Assembly (NCBI GenBank): GCA_043776855.1
Contig: JAYVQV010000074.1
Span: forward strand, 1-37,212
Origin: Limisphaerales bacterium
GTDB lineage: Bacteria; Verrucomicrobiota; Verrucomicrobiia; Limisphaerales; UBA11358
DNA length: 37,212 nt
Direction: 5' to 3'
Positions 26,819-36,019 of the stretch are shown here, in pieces. Both the position numbers and the translations under genes were made by a program. The stretch's first letter is position 1. Each line of letters opens with the position of its first letter. A model generated the notes under the pieces. It did not search any database and was not told the DNA's origin. It saw only the letters and a program-made list of their open reading frames with translations.

Positions 26819-28555
26819 ATGCTCCCTATTGAACCAAGTCAGCTTCGCCCGCGCTTCGTCGCGAACTTCGTTGGAAATATTTTCCTGAATTGCCTCGTCG
26901 CCGTTGTTCTGCTCACCGCCATTCCAGCGCAGGCGAAAGTCCGCCTGCCGGCCGTGTTTGCCGACCATTTGATTTTGCAGCGCGACGCGGCAGTTTCCAT
27001 CTGGGGCGGCGCGGAGGCCGGAGAAAAAGTCACGGTAAAATTTGCCGGCCAGGAAAAATCAGCGACGGTGGATGCGAGGGGAAAATGGCTCGTGAAGCTG
27101 GAGGCGCTCGCTGCCAGCGCGGAACCGCGTGAACTGACCATCACCGATGCGCACGCATCACGCATCACGCTTCACGATGTCTTGGTTGGCGATGTGTGGC
27201 TGGCCGGCGGGCAATCGAACATGGGCTTCCCGCTGAACTCCGCGCACAACGCCAAAGACGAACTGCCGAAAGCCGGCGATCCGCTGCTTCGTTTTTTCCG
27301 CGTGAAAACCAAAACTGCCGCCGAACCGCAGACGGATTGCACCGGCAGTTGGGAATTAAGCACGCCGGAGACGGCAAAAAACTTTTCGGGCGTTGCGTAT
27401 TTTTTTGCGCAGGAAATCCGCCGTAATCAAAAAGTGCCGGTAGCGGTTTTGCAAGCGCCATGGGGCGGCACAGATATTGAAACCTGGATCAGCCTCGACG
27501 GTTTGAAACAACATCCAATGCTCACGAAGCCGCTGGAGCGCTGGCAAAAAGCTGAGGCGGACTACGAGAAAATCAAGGCGAACCCAAGTCGGGTTGCCGA
27601 CTATGAAAAAGATTTGAAGCAGTGGCAGGCGGAAGTTGGGCCAGCTTACAGCGTGATTCTGAAAAAATACAACGACGACAAGTCGGCGGGAAAAGAAGTG
27701 GGCAAGAAGCCGGAACCGTCGCGCCCGGAACCGAGCAACCCCGACCCGATGGGTATGCCGAGCCCGTCGCGCCGCCCCAGCACGCCGACGGTAAATTTCA
27801 ACGGCATGATCGCGCCGCTCATGCCGTATGCGGTGCGGGGAATCATCTGGTATCAAGGCGAGAACAATGGTGGGCGCGGATTGGAGTATCGTGAATTGTT
27901 TCCGCGATTGATCCAAGACTGGCGCGAACAATGGACGAAAAACGGCGGCGCGGATTTTCCATTTCTGTTTGTGCAACTTCCCTGCAATGGCCCGGACACT
28001 ACGCCTGTCGCGGAAAGCGGCTGGCCGTGGCTGCGCGAGGCGCAGGCAATGACGCTCAAAGTGCCGCGCACGGGCATGGCGGTGACGATTGACGTGGGCG
28101 ACCCCAACAACGTGCATCCGGCGGACAAAATTGACGTGGGCAAACGGCTGGCACTCGTGGCGCGGAAAAAAGTTTATGGCGAGAATGTCGTCGCATCCGG
28201 GCCGATGTTTCAGGATCTCCAAATCAACGACGGAAAAGTGCGGGTGCGTTTTTCGGAAACGGATGGCGGCTTAATCGCTGGTCAGCAGCCGTGGCTGGCA
28301 GCGGGCGTAAAACCGTTTCCGAAAGACAAGCTGATCGGATTTTTCATCGCGGGCGAGGATAAGAAATGGATCGAAGCCGAGGCGAAAATTGACGGCGACA
28401 GTGTCATCGTCTCCCACGCCGACGTGCTGAAGCCGGTGGCGGTGCGCTACGGTTGGGCGAATTCGCCGCGCTGTAATCTCTACAACCAGTCCGGCCTGCC
28501 CGCCGCGCCGTTCCGCACAGATGACTGGCCGCCGGGTGCGCCTAATGGCAAGTGA
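26819..28555 (+). CDS. Sialate O-acetylesterase-like (SASA/DUF303) carbohydrate esterase, exported
   Basis: LPAVFADHLILQRDAAVSIWGGAEAGEKVTVKF...ARGKWLVKL followed by GDVWLAGGQSNMGFPL is the SASA-family signature. I prefer the ATG at 26819 over the track's GTG at 26786, because the GTG lies inside the conserved box. There is a hydrophobic N-terminal segment, FLNCLVAVVLLTAIPAQA. Confidence 0.75.
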   Translation: MLPIEPSQLRPRFVANFVGNIFLNCLVAVVLLTAIPAQAKVRLPAVFADHLILQRDAAVSIWGGAEAGEKVTVKFAGQEKSATVDARGKWLVKLEALAASAEPRELTITDAHASRITLHDVLVGDVWLAGGQSNMGFPLNSAHNAKDELPKAGDPLLRFFRVKTKTAAEPQTDCTGSWELSTPETAKNFSGVAYFFAQEIRRNQKVPVAVLQAPWGGTDIETWISLDGLKQHPMLTKPLERWQKAEADYEKIKANPSRVADYEKDLKQWQAEVGPAYSVILKKYNDDKSAGKEVGKKPEPSRPEPSNPDPMGMPSPSRRPSTPTVNFNGMIAPLMPYAVRGIIWYQGENNGGRGLEYRELFPRLIQDWREQWTKNGGADFPFLFVQLPCNGPDTTPVAESGWPWLREAQAMTLKVPRTGMAVTIDVGDPNNVHPADKIDVGKRLALVARKKVYGENVVASGPMFQDLQINDGKVRVRFSETDGGLIAGQQPWLAAGVKPFPKDKLIGFFIAGEDKKWIEAEAKIDGDSVIVSHADVLKPVAVRYGWANSPRCNLYNQSGLPAAPFRTDDWPPGAPNGK

Positions 28556-28562
28556 ATGGGCC

Positions 28563-28604
28563 GTGTCGCAAAATAGCCCGCGCGCGGCGCAAAATGCACC
28601 CTCG
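28563..28604 (+). promoter_or_regulatory. Conserved direct-repeat box. Candidate operator upstream of the giant beta-strand-repeat protein gene.
   Basis: Reads gtgtCGCAAaatagcccgcgcgcggCGCAAaatgcaccctcg. The cores start at 28567 and 28588, 21 nt apart. The tail CACCCTCG is identical to the minus-oriented copy at 10574-10581. Confidence 0.5.
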
Positions 28605-28711
28605 GCTGGCTTCATAAGATGGATTAGATTCTGCATATCTCAAAGCAACCCTTGAACACTGGGCATCACGGCCAGTGAGTGCCTGTGTCTTTGGTTAAAC
28701 CTAGAAAATTT

Positions 28712-31700
28712 ATGAACCCAAATTTTGTCGCCCGATTTTCCAAGCCGCTGACCGTCTGGTTGGCCTGGCTGCTGACCTCCGCCGTTGCATTGGCCAGCGG
28801 CGGCACGTTCACCTGGAACGGCGGCGGCACCGATGGCAACTGGACGACGGGCGCGAACTGGGGCGGGACGGCACCGACTGACCCGCAAAATTTCCTAAAT
28901 TTTAACGGCGCGACGCGCACGGCCAGCACGAACAACTTTTCCGCCGGTTCGCCGGGTTATCAAATATATTTCAAGAGCGGCGCGAATGCCTTCACCCTCT
29001 CCGGTAACGGCATCAACTTTTTCGACTTCGGCGCGGTTGACCCAAATATCCAAAACGAAGGTGCGTTCACCAACCAGACCATCAATTTTCCCATCACGAA
29101 TGCGAACACGCACGTCCTCGGCTCCATCCGCATATTGAACATCAATTCCAACACCACCACCGCGCAGGGGCCGCTGACCTTCAATGGGCCAATCGGCACA
29201 CCGAGTGACAGTTCTGCCCGCGCGCTCAACGTTTGGGGAACGAACACGGTGACGTTCAACGGCGTGATTTCTGATGGCGGCAGCGGCTCGGCAATGGGGC
29301 TGACACAGGCGGGCACGGGCAACACGGTTTTGAACGCGACGAACACTTACGTCGGCCAGACAACGGTGAACGCGGGCACGTTGACGGTGAATGGCGGGAG
29401 CATCGCGGCAGGCTCGTTGGTAAAAGTAAACACCGGCGGCGCGTTGAGCGTTTCTTCCACGGGCAATATCAATGGCAACGTGCAGATCGCCACCAACACG
29501 ACGGCGGTGCAGAACGCGTCCATTTCGGGAATCATCGCTGGCAACTTGCAGATTGATCCCGGCTCCACGAACAACGTGACGCCGCAAAGCGCAATTTACA
29601 CGTCGCCCGCCTCCGGCTTTGTGCAAATGAACCTTTCCGCATCCATTGCGTCCGGCGGTTTCATCACGAATCAAGGGGTGCTCAATCTCACCGGCAATAG
29701 TGCGCTCACGCTTGGCACGCTCATCGGCCCCGGCAGCGACGCGGCGGGAAACCTCGGCGGCATTCAGGACAACAATACCAACAACAAAACTTTGACGTTG
29801 GGTAACGGCTCGGCGTTTGCTTATTACAAGCCGGCAGGTGGTATTCCGGGGACGACCCTGCAAATTGCGGGCAACGGCTCGGCGTTCATCAAATGGTTTG
29901 GCTACAACGACACAGCCGGCATAGCGCCTTATACCAACGTGCTGAATGGTGGCACCTGGATCATCGCCAACGTTGGCCAGAATAGTGGCGGCTGCCATTA
30001 CATCGGTGTCTGTAACGTGAGCAACAGCGCGACGGTTTCAATCACGAACAACATCAGCTTTGTTCACGGCACTTGGAACGTCATCAGCAATAGCTCGCTG
30101 ACGTTTTTTCAGTCTGGCCAGTCGTTGCAGTCGTTACATACCGCCAATAATTTCGGCCTCAACCTGAACGTCAACAACACGGCCAGTTTGTATGTCGGCC
30201 CCAGCGGGCTGATTCTGGGTTTCCCCACCGGCACCAGCGGCGTGAACACTGCCGCCGAAAACAACAGCCTGACCATTCCCGGCGGTCTGGCTTATGTCAC
30301 CAACAATCTCGTTGTTGGCGTCGGCGCGGACAATCGGTATCCGGAGACCAACACGGTCAGTCTGTCCGCCGGTAAATTAATTGTTTCGGGAACGCTCTCC
30401 ACTAGCTCGGCCAACAACATCATCACCAACGCTACGCCGTGGAATCCCGTTGCGCCGGTGAATATTTTTAACTGGAGCGGCGGTCAGCTCACGGCGGCGA
30501 CCATCACCACTTCCAACGGCCTCGTCATCCTCGGCGTGACCAACACCAGCACCGCGTTCTACGTCACCAACCCGGCGGTGTTTGCCAGCGGGAACATCAG
30601 CAGCACCGCGCTCACTAACACCGGTGGCACGCTGGCGCCGGGCGATGTGGGTTTGAGCGGCAAGACCACCGTCAATGGGTCGTATGTGCAGACTTCCGGC
30701 GGCACGCTGGACATTGACCTCAACGGCACGACGGCGGCCTCGGCTTTTCAAACGGCGTCAGCTTATGATGTGCTCGCGGTCACGAACACCGCCGCGCTCG
30801 CGGGCAATTTGACGGTGCGAACCAACGGCGCGGCAACCATTACCTCGACGACAGGCTTCACCATTTTGACGACGGCGGCGAATGGAGTCAGCGGCACGTT
30901 CAACAACCTTTACAACAATCGCGTGGCCATCACCGGCGCGAAGGGCGGTAGTTTTCGCGTCGTGTTCAACACCGCGAACGTGGTGCTGACCAACTACGCG
31001 GCGCTCTCCGCCAGTTTCACTCCCGTCAGCGGCAGTTCGCCCGCGCCGTTCACGCAAACTTTTGACGCCTCGGCCTCGGTTGGCGCGATCACCAATTACA
31101 ATTGGACGTTCACCGACAACGCGACGATGACGAACGTGGTGAGTTCCGCCAGCACCAGCACCAGCTTCACCTTCACGAATGCGGGAAATTACAGCGTTCG
31201 CTTGGTGGTGACTGCCGCCGACGGCAGCACCGCGACGAACAGTTCCGCTGGCGGCGCATTCGTCGTCACCTCCAACCCGACGCTTGCATGGACGGGAACT
31301 GCTTCGGGAAATTGGAACACCTCGGAACAAAACTGGACGAACCTTACGTCCGGTGGGCTGACGACGCTTTACGTTGATGCCGATCCGGTCATCTTCAACG
31401 AAGCGGGCAGCGCGCGTCCGACCGTGAATCTCGCCAGCATCGTCTCGCCCGCGTCCGTGAGTTTCAGCAACAGCGCGACGGCATACACGTTGCAAGGCGC
31501 GGGCAAAATCAGCGGCGGCACTGCGCTCATCAAGACGCTCGCGGCGCGGACGGTCATCGCCACCACGAATGATTTCACCGGCGGCACGACGATTTCCGGC
31601 GGCACGCTGCAACTTGGCGACGGTGCGACGGCCAACGGCTCGCTCGGCAGTGGCGCGGTTGCCAACAACGCGCTGCTCGCGTTCAATCCGGCGGTGAGTC

Positions 31701-34477
31701 AGAACTTCACGAACCTCGTCACCGGCAATGGCGCGATTGTGGTGCGCAATTCCACTGTGACGTTGAGCGCGGCCAATAGTTTCAGCGGCGGCACGACCGT
31801 CAGTAACGCCGCGACTCTTTCCATTTCTGCCGACAATAATTTGGGCGGCGGCGGCGTGGCGTTGGACAACGGCACGCTCGCCACATCCGGTTCGTTCACG
31901 TTGAGCAACCGCACCGTGACGCTCAACTCTGGCAACGGCACACTTGCACCGACAAACACGCTGACCGTCACAAACCCCGTCATTGGCGCGGGCGGATTGA
32001 ATATGAGCGGCGCGGGCGTGCTGGTTTTGTCCGCCGCAAATTCCTACGGCGGCACGACGACCGTCGGCAGCGGTGTGGTGCAAGTCGGCAGCGCGGGAAC
32101 TTCCGGCGTGTTGCCGGGAAATGTCTCGCTCACCGGCGGCAGTGTGAATTACAGCCGCACGGATAATTTTTCGCAGGCGGGAACAATTGCCGGTTCCGCT
32201 TCGTCCAGTTCCATCACGAACGTCAGCACGGCGGCGGGCAACACGAATACGCTGACATTTGCGGCGGGAATCAACACGCTCGGCACGATCCGAAATTCCG
32301 CTGCCGGGACGCTGGCTTTGAACGCAGCGGCCAACGCCACGAACAACCTCGGCGGCAATCTGGTGAATTCTTCTGGCACGTTGCAAATGAACAGCGGCTA
32401 TTGGTCGGTCACCAACAACCTGAACACCGCCGGAAATAATTTTCTCATCGGCGGCGCGACGGTCGTGGCATCCGGCGGAATGCAAAGCTACGGCGCGACG
32501 AATTTGAACATCACGTCCGGCACGCTGTTTGTCAGCGGCGGCGGAAGGTTTTCATCCACGCTCTCAAATGCGAATTTCGCGCTGACCGGCGGCAGTTTCA
32601 TCGTCTCCAACAGCAGTTTTGGTGTGCGGTTGGGCAACAGTTCTGGCAACAACGCGGCGCAAGGTGGCTACGTCGCGTTCAACGGCACGCAAACCGGTGG
32701 CAGCATCCTCATCGCCAGCAACACAAGCGACAACGTGTTCTCGCTCGGCGGCTACGGGCCGATTGCCTCCGCGCAAAACGCCAGCTTCACGCTTGCGGGT
32801 GGCTCGCTCACGATTCCTTCCGGAAACGGCATCTGGCTGGGCGCGGATTCAAACGCGCTGGCAACGACCACCTTCACGCTCACCGGCAGCGGCAAGGTTT
32901 TTGCGAACAACATCAAGGGCGCACAGCCGGCGGCGAGCGGCGCGAAACAGATTTTCAATTTCTCCGGTGGCACGCTGACAGCGTTCGCGATTGATACGTC
33001 GAATTTGCAGTCCACCAACGCGCCCGGCACTTACGGCACGCTTTACAACAACGGCGGCACGCTTGCGCCCGGCGACATCGGCGCGGCGGGCAAGATCACC
33101 GTCACCGGCAACTTTACCAACCTCGGCGGCGCACTGGCGATTGACCTCGGCGGCAATGTTCAGGCGAACGCATTCCAAAATGGATTGACCAATTATGATT
33201 TTGTTTCCGTCTCCGGCGCGACGCTGCTGGACGGCAGTTTGAACGTGAGTCTCATAAATAGTTTCACCCCGACGGCGACGGACAGCTTCACGATTCTGAA
33301 CAGCGCGAACGGTGTCAGCGGCACCTTCACTAATCTGCTCGCCGGCAACCGCGTCGCGGTCAGCAGTGCCCCGAATTTCAGCTTCCAAGTTGTGAACACA
33401 AGCTCGTCGGTGATTCTGACTAATTATTTGCAGAACGCACCGCTAGTTAGTATCTCGCCCGCCAGCACGAATTTCACCTACGGAAATTCCGTGACGCTCA
33501 CAGCCAATGCCACCGGCGTCAGCCCCTTGTCATATCGTTGGTTTGACAACGCCACCAATGCCATTATCGGCGCGACCAACGCCACGTTGGCGCTGACCGG
33601 GCCGACCGTGGCCGCATCTGGCAACTACACCGTCGTCGTCACCAACAGCTACGGCAGCGCGACGACTGTCGCGTCCGTCACCGTCACGCCGGCATCGCCG
33701 TCCGTCGGTATTTCCTCGTCGGCGAATCCGTCGGGCTATCTCGGAACTGTTTCCTTCACGGCAACGGTCGCGGCTGACGCAGCGGGCAACGTAATTTTTT
33801 CGGCGAACGGAACTCCGTTCAGCACGAACGGCGTTGTCACGGGCAGTTCGACGAGCGCGGGCATCACTTCGCTGCCACGCGGCACCAACACCATCACGGC
33901 AATTTATTCCGGCGATGGAAATTATTTCGGCAGGACGAACACGCTGAATCAGGTCGTCACGAATCATCTGCCAGTCGCGGGCAATGCGACTTACATCCGC
34001 AACGCCGGAATTTTCACCCAGCGCATACTCATCAGCGATTTGCTGACCAACGTGACCGACGCGGACGGCGACACCATCGCGTTCAGTTCCGCCAGCAGCA
34101 GCACCAATGGCGTGACTCTGGTTATCGCTGCCGGCTACTTGAATTACTACAACACGAATAATGTGGCGGACCGCTTCAACTACACCGTGAGCGACGGTTT
34201 TGGCGGCACAGCCAGCGGCAGCGTGATGATAAATCTGAATAGCGGCGCAATTTTTGGTCAAGCCAGCCCGAACATCAGCACCACCGGCGGTGCGCCGACG
34301 ATCAGTTTTGCGGGCATCCCCGGTTACAGCTACAGCGTGCAGCGCTCGACGAACATCAGCTTCATTCCCTTCGACCTCGTATGGACAACCAACGCACCGG
34401 GCGGCGGGGTTTTTAAATATACAGATTTGAATGCCCCCACACCATCCGCTTTCTATCGGTTACAATATAATCCGTGA
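28712..34477 (+). CDS. 1921-aa secreted surface protein with autotransporter-associated beta-strand repeats and PKD, Ig-like and cadherin-like domains. No beta-barrel translocator.
   Basis: I prefer the ATG at 28712 over the track's GTG at 28679. Signal-like start MNPNFVARFSKPLTVWLAWLLTSAVALA, followed by GGTFTWNGGGTDGNWTTGANWGG. Many G-x-G/T-L-x-L/NTYxGxTTV-type beta-strand repeats are present. There are two homologous module ends: GTLAPGD...VSGTF.NL...RVA...VVLTNY at nt 30623-30997 and nt 33050-33427. Approximate domain positions: PKD-like ~31015-31272; Ig (I-set-like, SYRWFDN...GNYTVVVTNSYGSAT) ~33434-33690; Big_3-like ~33691-33963; cadherin-like (DADGDTIAF...FNYTVSDGFGG) ~33964-34236. The C-terminal module ends in SAFYRLQYNP. 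Confidence 0.8.
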   Translation: MNPNFVARFSKPLTVWLAWLLTSAVALASGGTFTWNGGGTDGNWTTGANWGGTAPTDPQNFLNFNGATRTASTNNFSAGSPGYQIYFKSGANAFTLSGNGINFFDFGAVDPNIQNEGAFTNQTINFPITNANTHVLGSIRILNINSNTTTAQGPLTFNGPIGTPSDSSARALNVWGTNTVTFNGVISDGGSGSAMGLTQAGTGNTVLNATNTYVGQTTVNAGTLTVNGGSIAAGSLVKVNTGGALSVSSTGNINGNVQIATNTTAVQNASISGIIAGNLQIDPGSTNNVTPQSAIYTSPASGFVQMNLSASIASGGFITNQGVLNLTGNSALTLGTLIGPGSDAAGNLGGIQDNNTNNKTLTLGNGSAFAYYKPAGGIPGTTLQIAGNGSAFIKWFGYNDTAGIAPYTNVLNGGTWIIANVGQNSGGCHYIGVCNVSNSATVSITNNISFVHGTWNVISNSSLTFFQSGQSLQSLHTANNFGLNLNVNNTASLYVGPSGLILGFPTGTSGVNTAAENNSLTIPGGLAYVTNNLVVGVGADNRYPETNTVSLSAGKLIVSGTLSTSSANNIITNATPWNPVAPVNIFNWSGGQLTAATITTSNGLVILGVTNTSTAFYVTNPAVFASGNISSTALTNTGGTLAPGDVGLSGKTTVNGSYVQTSGGTLDIDLNGTTAASAFQTASAYDVLAVTNTAALAGNLTVRTNGAATITSTTGFTILTTAANGVSGTFNNLYNNRVAITGAKGGSFRVVFNTANVVLTNYAALSASFTPVSGSSPAPFTQTFDASASVGAITNYNWTFTDNATMTNVVSSASTSTSFTFTNAGNYSVRLVVTAADGSTATNSSAGGAFVVTSNPTLAWTGTASGNWNTSEQNWTNLTSGGLTTLYVDADPVIFNEAGSARPTVNLASIVSPASVSFSNSATAYTLQGAGKISGGTALIKTLAARTVIATTNDFTGGTTISGGTLQLGDGATANGSLGSGAVANNALLAFNPAVSQNFTNLVTGNGAIVVRNSTVTLSAANSFSGGTTVSNAATLSISADNNLGGGGVALDNGTLATSGSFTLSNRTVTLNSGNGTLAPTNTLTVTNPVIGAGGLNMSGAGVLVLSAANSYGGTTTVGSGVVQVGSAGTSGVLPGNVSLTGGSVNYSRTDNFSQAGTIAGSASSSSITNVSTAAGNTNTLTFAAGINTLGTIRNSAAGTLALNAAANATNNLGGNLVNSSGTLQMNSGYWSVTNNLNTAGNNFLIGGATVVASGGMQSYGATNLNITSGTLFVSGGGRFSSTLSNANFALTGGSFIVSNSSFGVRLGNSSGNNAAQGGYVAFNGTQTGGSILIASNTSDNVFSLGGYGPIASAQNASFTLAGGSLTIPSGNGIWLGADSNALATTTFTLTGSGKVFANNIKGAQPAASGAKQIFNFSGGTLTAFAIDTSNLQSTNAPGTYGTLYNNGGTLAPGDIGAAGKITVTGNFTNLGGALAIDLGGNVQANAFQNGLTNYDFVSVSGATLLDGSLNVSLINSFTPTATDSFTILNSANGVSGTFTNLLAGNRVAVSSAPNFSFQVVNTSSSVILTNYLQNAPLVSISPASTNFTYGNSVTLTANATGVSPLSYRWFDNATNAIIGATNATLALTGPTVAASGNYTVVVTNSYGSATTVASVTVTPASPSVGISSSANPSGYLGTVSFTATVAADAAGNVIFSANGTPFSTNGVVTGSSTSAGITSLPRGTNTITAIYSGDGNYFGRTNTLNQVVTNHLPVAGNATYIRNAGIFTQRILISDLLTNVTDADGDTIAFSSASSSTNGVTLVIAAGYLNYYNTNNVADRFNYTVSDGFGGTASGSVMINLNSGAIFGQASPNISTTGGAPTISFAGIPGYSYSVQRSTNISFIPFDLVWTTNAPGGGVFKYTDLNAPTPSAFYRLQYNP

Positions 34478-34661
34478 CTGTTCCGTGACGGATTGGAACA
34501 TTAAGTCGCGATTTTTTCGGTGGTAATTACGGTTTATTAATTTGTAGCAGTTTGTTTTCCAACTCGCCCAACCTTTGGCTAGCTGATAACACTTTTTCAA
34601 AAAAACCGTTACGTTCTCCTTTAAATTGATCAATCAAATAATCCTTCCCGCGATTGGCAAT

Positions 34662-34696
34662 TGGTCTGAACCCGTAGTGGTGGACACCTTGGAGGG
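34662..34696 (+). repeat. IS3-family left terminal inverted repeat
   Basis: TGGTCTGAACCCGTAGTGGTGGACACCTTGGAGGG. It differs from the right-end repeat only at position 7. Confidence 0.85.
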
Positions 34697-34719
34697 TGGG
34701 CGCGAAACTGAACGCACCC

Positions 34720-35070
34720 ATGAATAAAAAACTGACGATCCCACTGAACGCAAGCCAGTCCGCAACCCCGGTGGCGCAAAGCAAACGTTACGATGCCGCC
34801 TTCAAACAGGCGGCCGTCGCCAACTGGATCAAGACCGGCCAGTCCGGGACGAAGATTGCCGCCGAACTGGGCATCAGCTATCCGAGCCTCAAGGAGTGGA
34901 AGCGGCGTTACTGGGGTGACGCCACGCCCGCGCGCGCCGATCCCGCCGCCGAAATCCGCGCACTCAAGGCCGAGCTGGCGCGCGTGCGCGAGCAGCGGGA
35001 CATATTAAAAAAAACGGTGGGCATCTTCACCGAACCGTCGCCGCGCGGTATCAAACCATTGAACACATGA
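34720..35070 (+). CDS. IS3-family transposase OrfA (HTH, Transposase_8-like)
   Basis: Reads MNKKLTIPL...KRYDAAFKQAAVANWIKTGQSGTKIAAELGISYPSLKEWKRRY...IRALKAELARVREQRDILKK. This gives an HTH followed by a leucine-zipper-like segment ending at the slippery run. I prefer the ATG at 34720 over the track start at 34696, which lies inside the left inverted repeat. Confidence 0.8.
   Translation: MNKKLTIPLNASQSATPVAQSKRYDAAFKQAAVANWIKTGQSGTKIAAELGISYPSLKEWKRRYWGDATPARADPAAEIRALKAELARVREQRDILKKTVGIFTEPSPRGIKPLNT
35007..35014 (+). promoter_or_regulatory. A8 slippery run. Candidate programmed -1 ribosomal frameshift site joining orfA to orfB.
   Basis: The sequence ttAAAAAAAAcgg lies at the LKK codons of orfA. 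A -1 shift here reads ...LKKNGGHLHRTVAARYQTIEHMKAEHELAALGAALAVTRSG..., which resembles the usual IS3 OrfAB junction (..VSRSGYY.W..). Confidence 0.6.
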
Positions 35071-35931
35071 AGGCCGAACACGAACTCGCCGCCCTCGGCG
35101 CCGCGCTGGCCGTGACGCGCAGCGGCGATCAGGCGTGGCGCACCGCCGAAGCCAGCGCCCGCACGCAGGCCGATGCCGTGCTGCTGCCGAAAATCCAGGC
35201 ATTGCATCGCCAGCACAAAGGCCGCTACGGCGCCCCGCGTATCCGTCAGAACTGGCAGCGCAAGGCCTGAAGCACGGCTGTAAACGCATCGCGCGGCTGA
35301 TGCGGCAGGCGGGTTTGCGCGGCTTAAGCCCCAAGCGGTATGTGCCCTGCACCACGCAAAGCCAGCATGACCAACCCATCGCTCCGAACCGCTTGGCCAC
35401 GGCCCCGCCGCCCACCGGCCCCAATCAAATCTGGGTCAGCGACCTGACCTATGTGCCGACGGACGAAGGCTGGCTGTATGCCGGCGTGGTGATGGACTTG
35501 TGGAGTCGGAAGATCGTCGGCTGGGCCACGGGGGCCAGGCTCCACGCCACCTTGAGCGGGCAGGCGCTCAAGATGGCCTTGGGTCAGCGGCAACCCGCGC
35601 GCGGGTTGTTGCACCACAATGATCGCGGCGTGCAATACGCCAGCCGCGAATACCGGGACTGGCTCCAACTGGCCGGGCTGGAACCCAGCATGAGCCGGGC
35701 TGGCAATCCGTATGACAACGCGGCTATGGAAAGTTTCATGGCCACCTACAAACGCGAGTGTGTCCGTCTGGCGGAAACCGCCGGCGGCTATGCCACGCGC
35801 GCCGCCGCCACCAACGATTTTTTCGACTACGTCGAAAAATACTACAACCGAGCGCGCCGCCACAGCGCACTCAACTATCAAACACCTGTGGACTTCGAGA
35901 ACCCATTAAATAAAACACCCATGCGCCCAGC

Positions 35932-35966
35932 CCCTCCAAGGTGTCCACCACTACGGGTTAAGACCA
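35932..35966 (-). repeat. IS3-family right terminal inverted repeat
   Basis: The reverse complement is TGGTCTTAACCCGTAGTGGTGGACACCTTGGAGGG. Confidence 0.85.
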
Positions 35967-35992
35967 GTTCCGGAACCACCCCTCACCCTCAA

Positions 35993-36019
35993 TCCCTCTC
36001 CCCTCCAAGGGGAGAGGGA
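35993..36019. repeat. Perfect GC-rich palindromic hairpin: a REP-like element, or a possible terminator of the convergent TPR gene
   Basis: TCCCTCTCCCC-tccaa-GGGGAGAGGGA forms an 11-bp perfect stem. It lies 60 nt downstream of the minus-strand gene that ends at 36079 and 27 nt from the IS right end. No U-tract follows on either strand. Confidence 0.5.

Larger units (their letters stand above)
34662..35966 (+). mobile_element. IS3-family insertion sequence (1305 bp), probably inactive
   Basis: The terminal inverted repeats match at 34 of 35 positions (34662-34696 versus the reverse complement of 35932-35966) and begin TGGTCT. orfA and orfB are arranged with an A8 slippery run between them. 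orfB carries DDE/rve motifs and an additional frameshift. I found no flanking direct repeat (left flank ..gcaat, right flank gttcc..). Confidence 0.85.

Noticed and set aside
28712-34477. Classical type Va autotransporter for the giant protein.
   Set aside because: The C-terminus consists of Ig-like and cadherin-like domains plus the small FYRL module. I see no ~250-300-aa beta-barrel translocator ending in an aromatic residue.
34469-34494. Hairpin AATCCGTgac-tgttcc-gtgACGGATT overlapping the giant gene's stop codon, considered as an intrinsic terminator.
   Set aside because: The stem is imperfect and short, and the nearest T-run (34516-34521) is about 20 nt away. The evidence is too weak to call. 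The same applies to the AT-only 7-bp hairpin at 13415-13431.
34527-34784. 85-aa minus-strand ORF as an intact gene.
   Set aside because: Its N-terminal 41 aa are translated from the IS left inverted repeat and the orfA leader. Only the distal 44 aa lie outside the IS. That part is reported as a possible remnant, not a gene.
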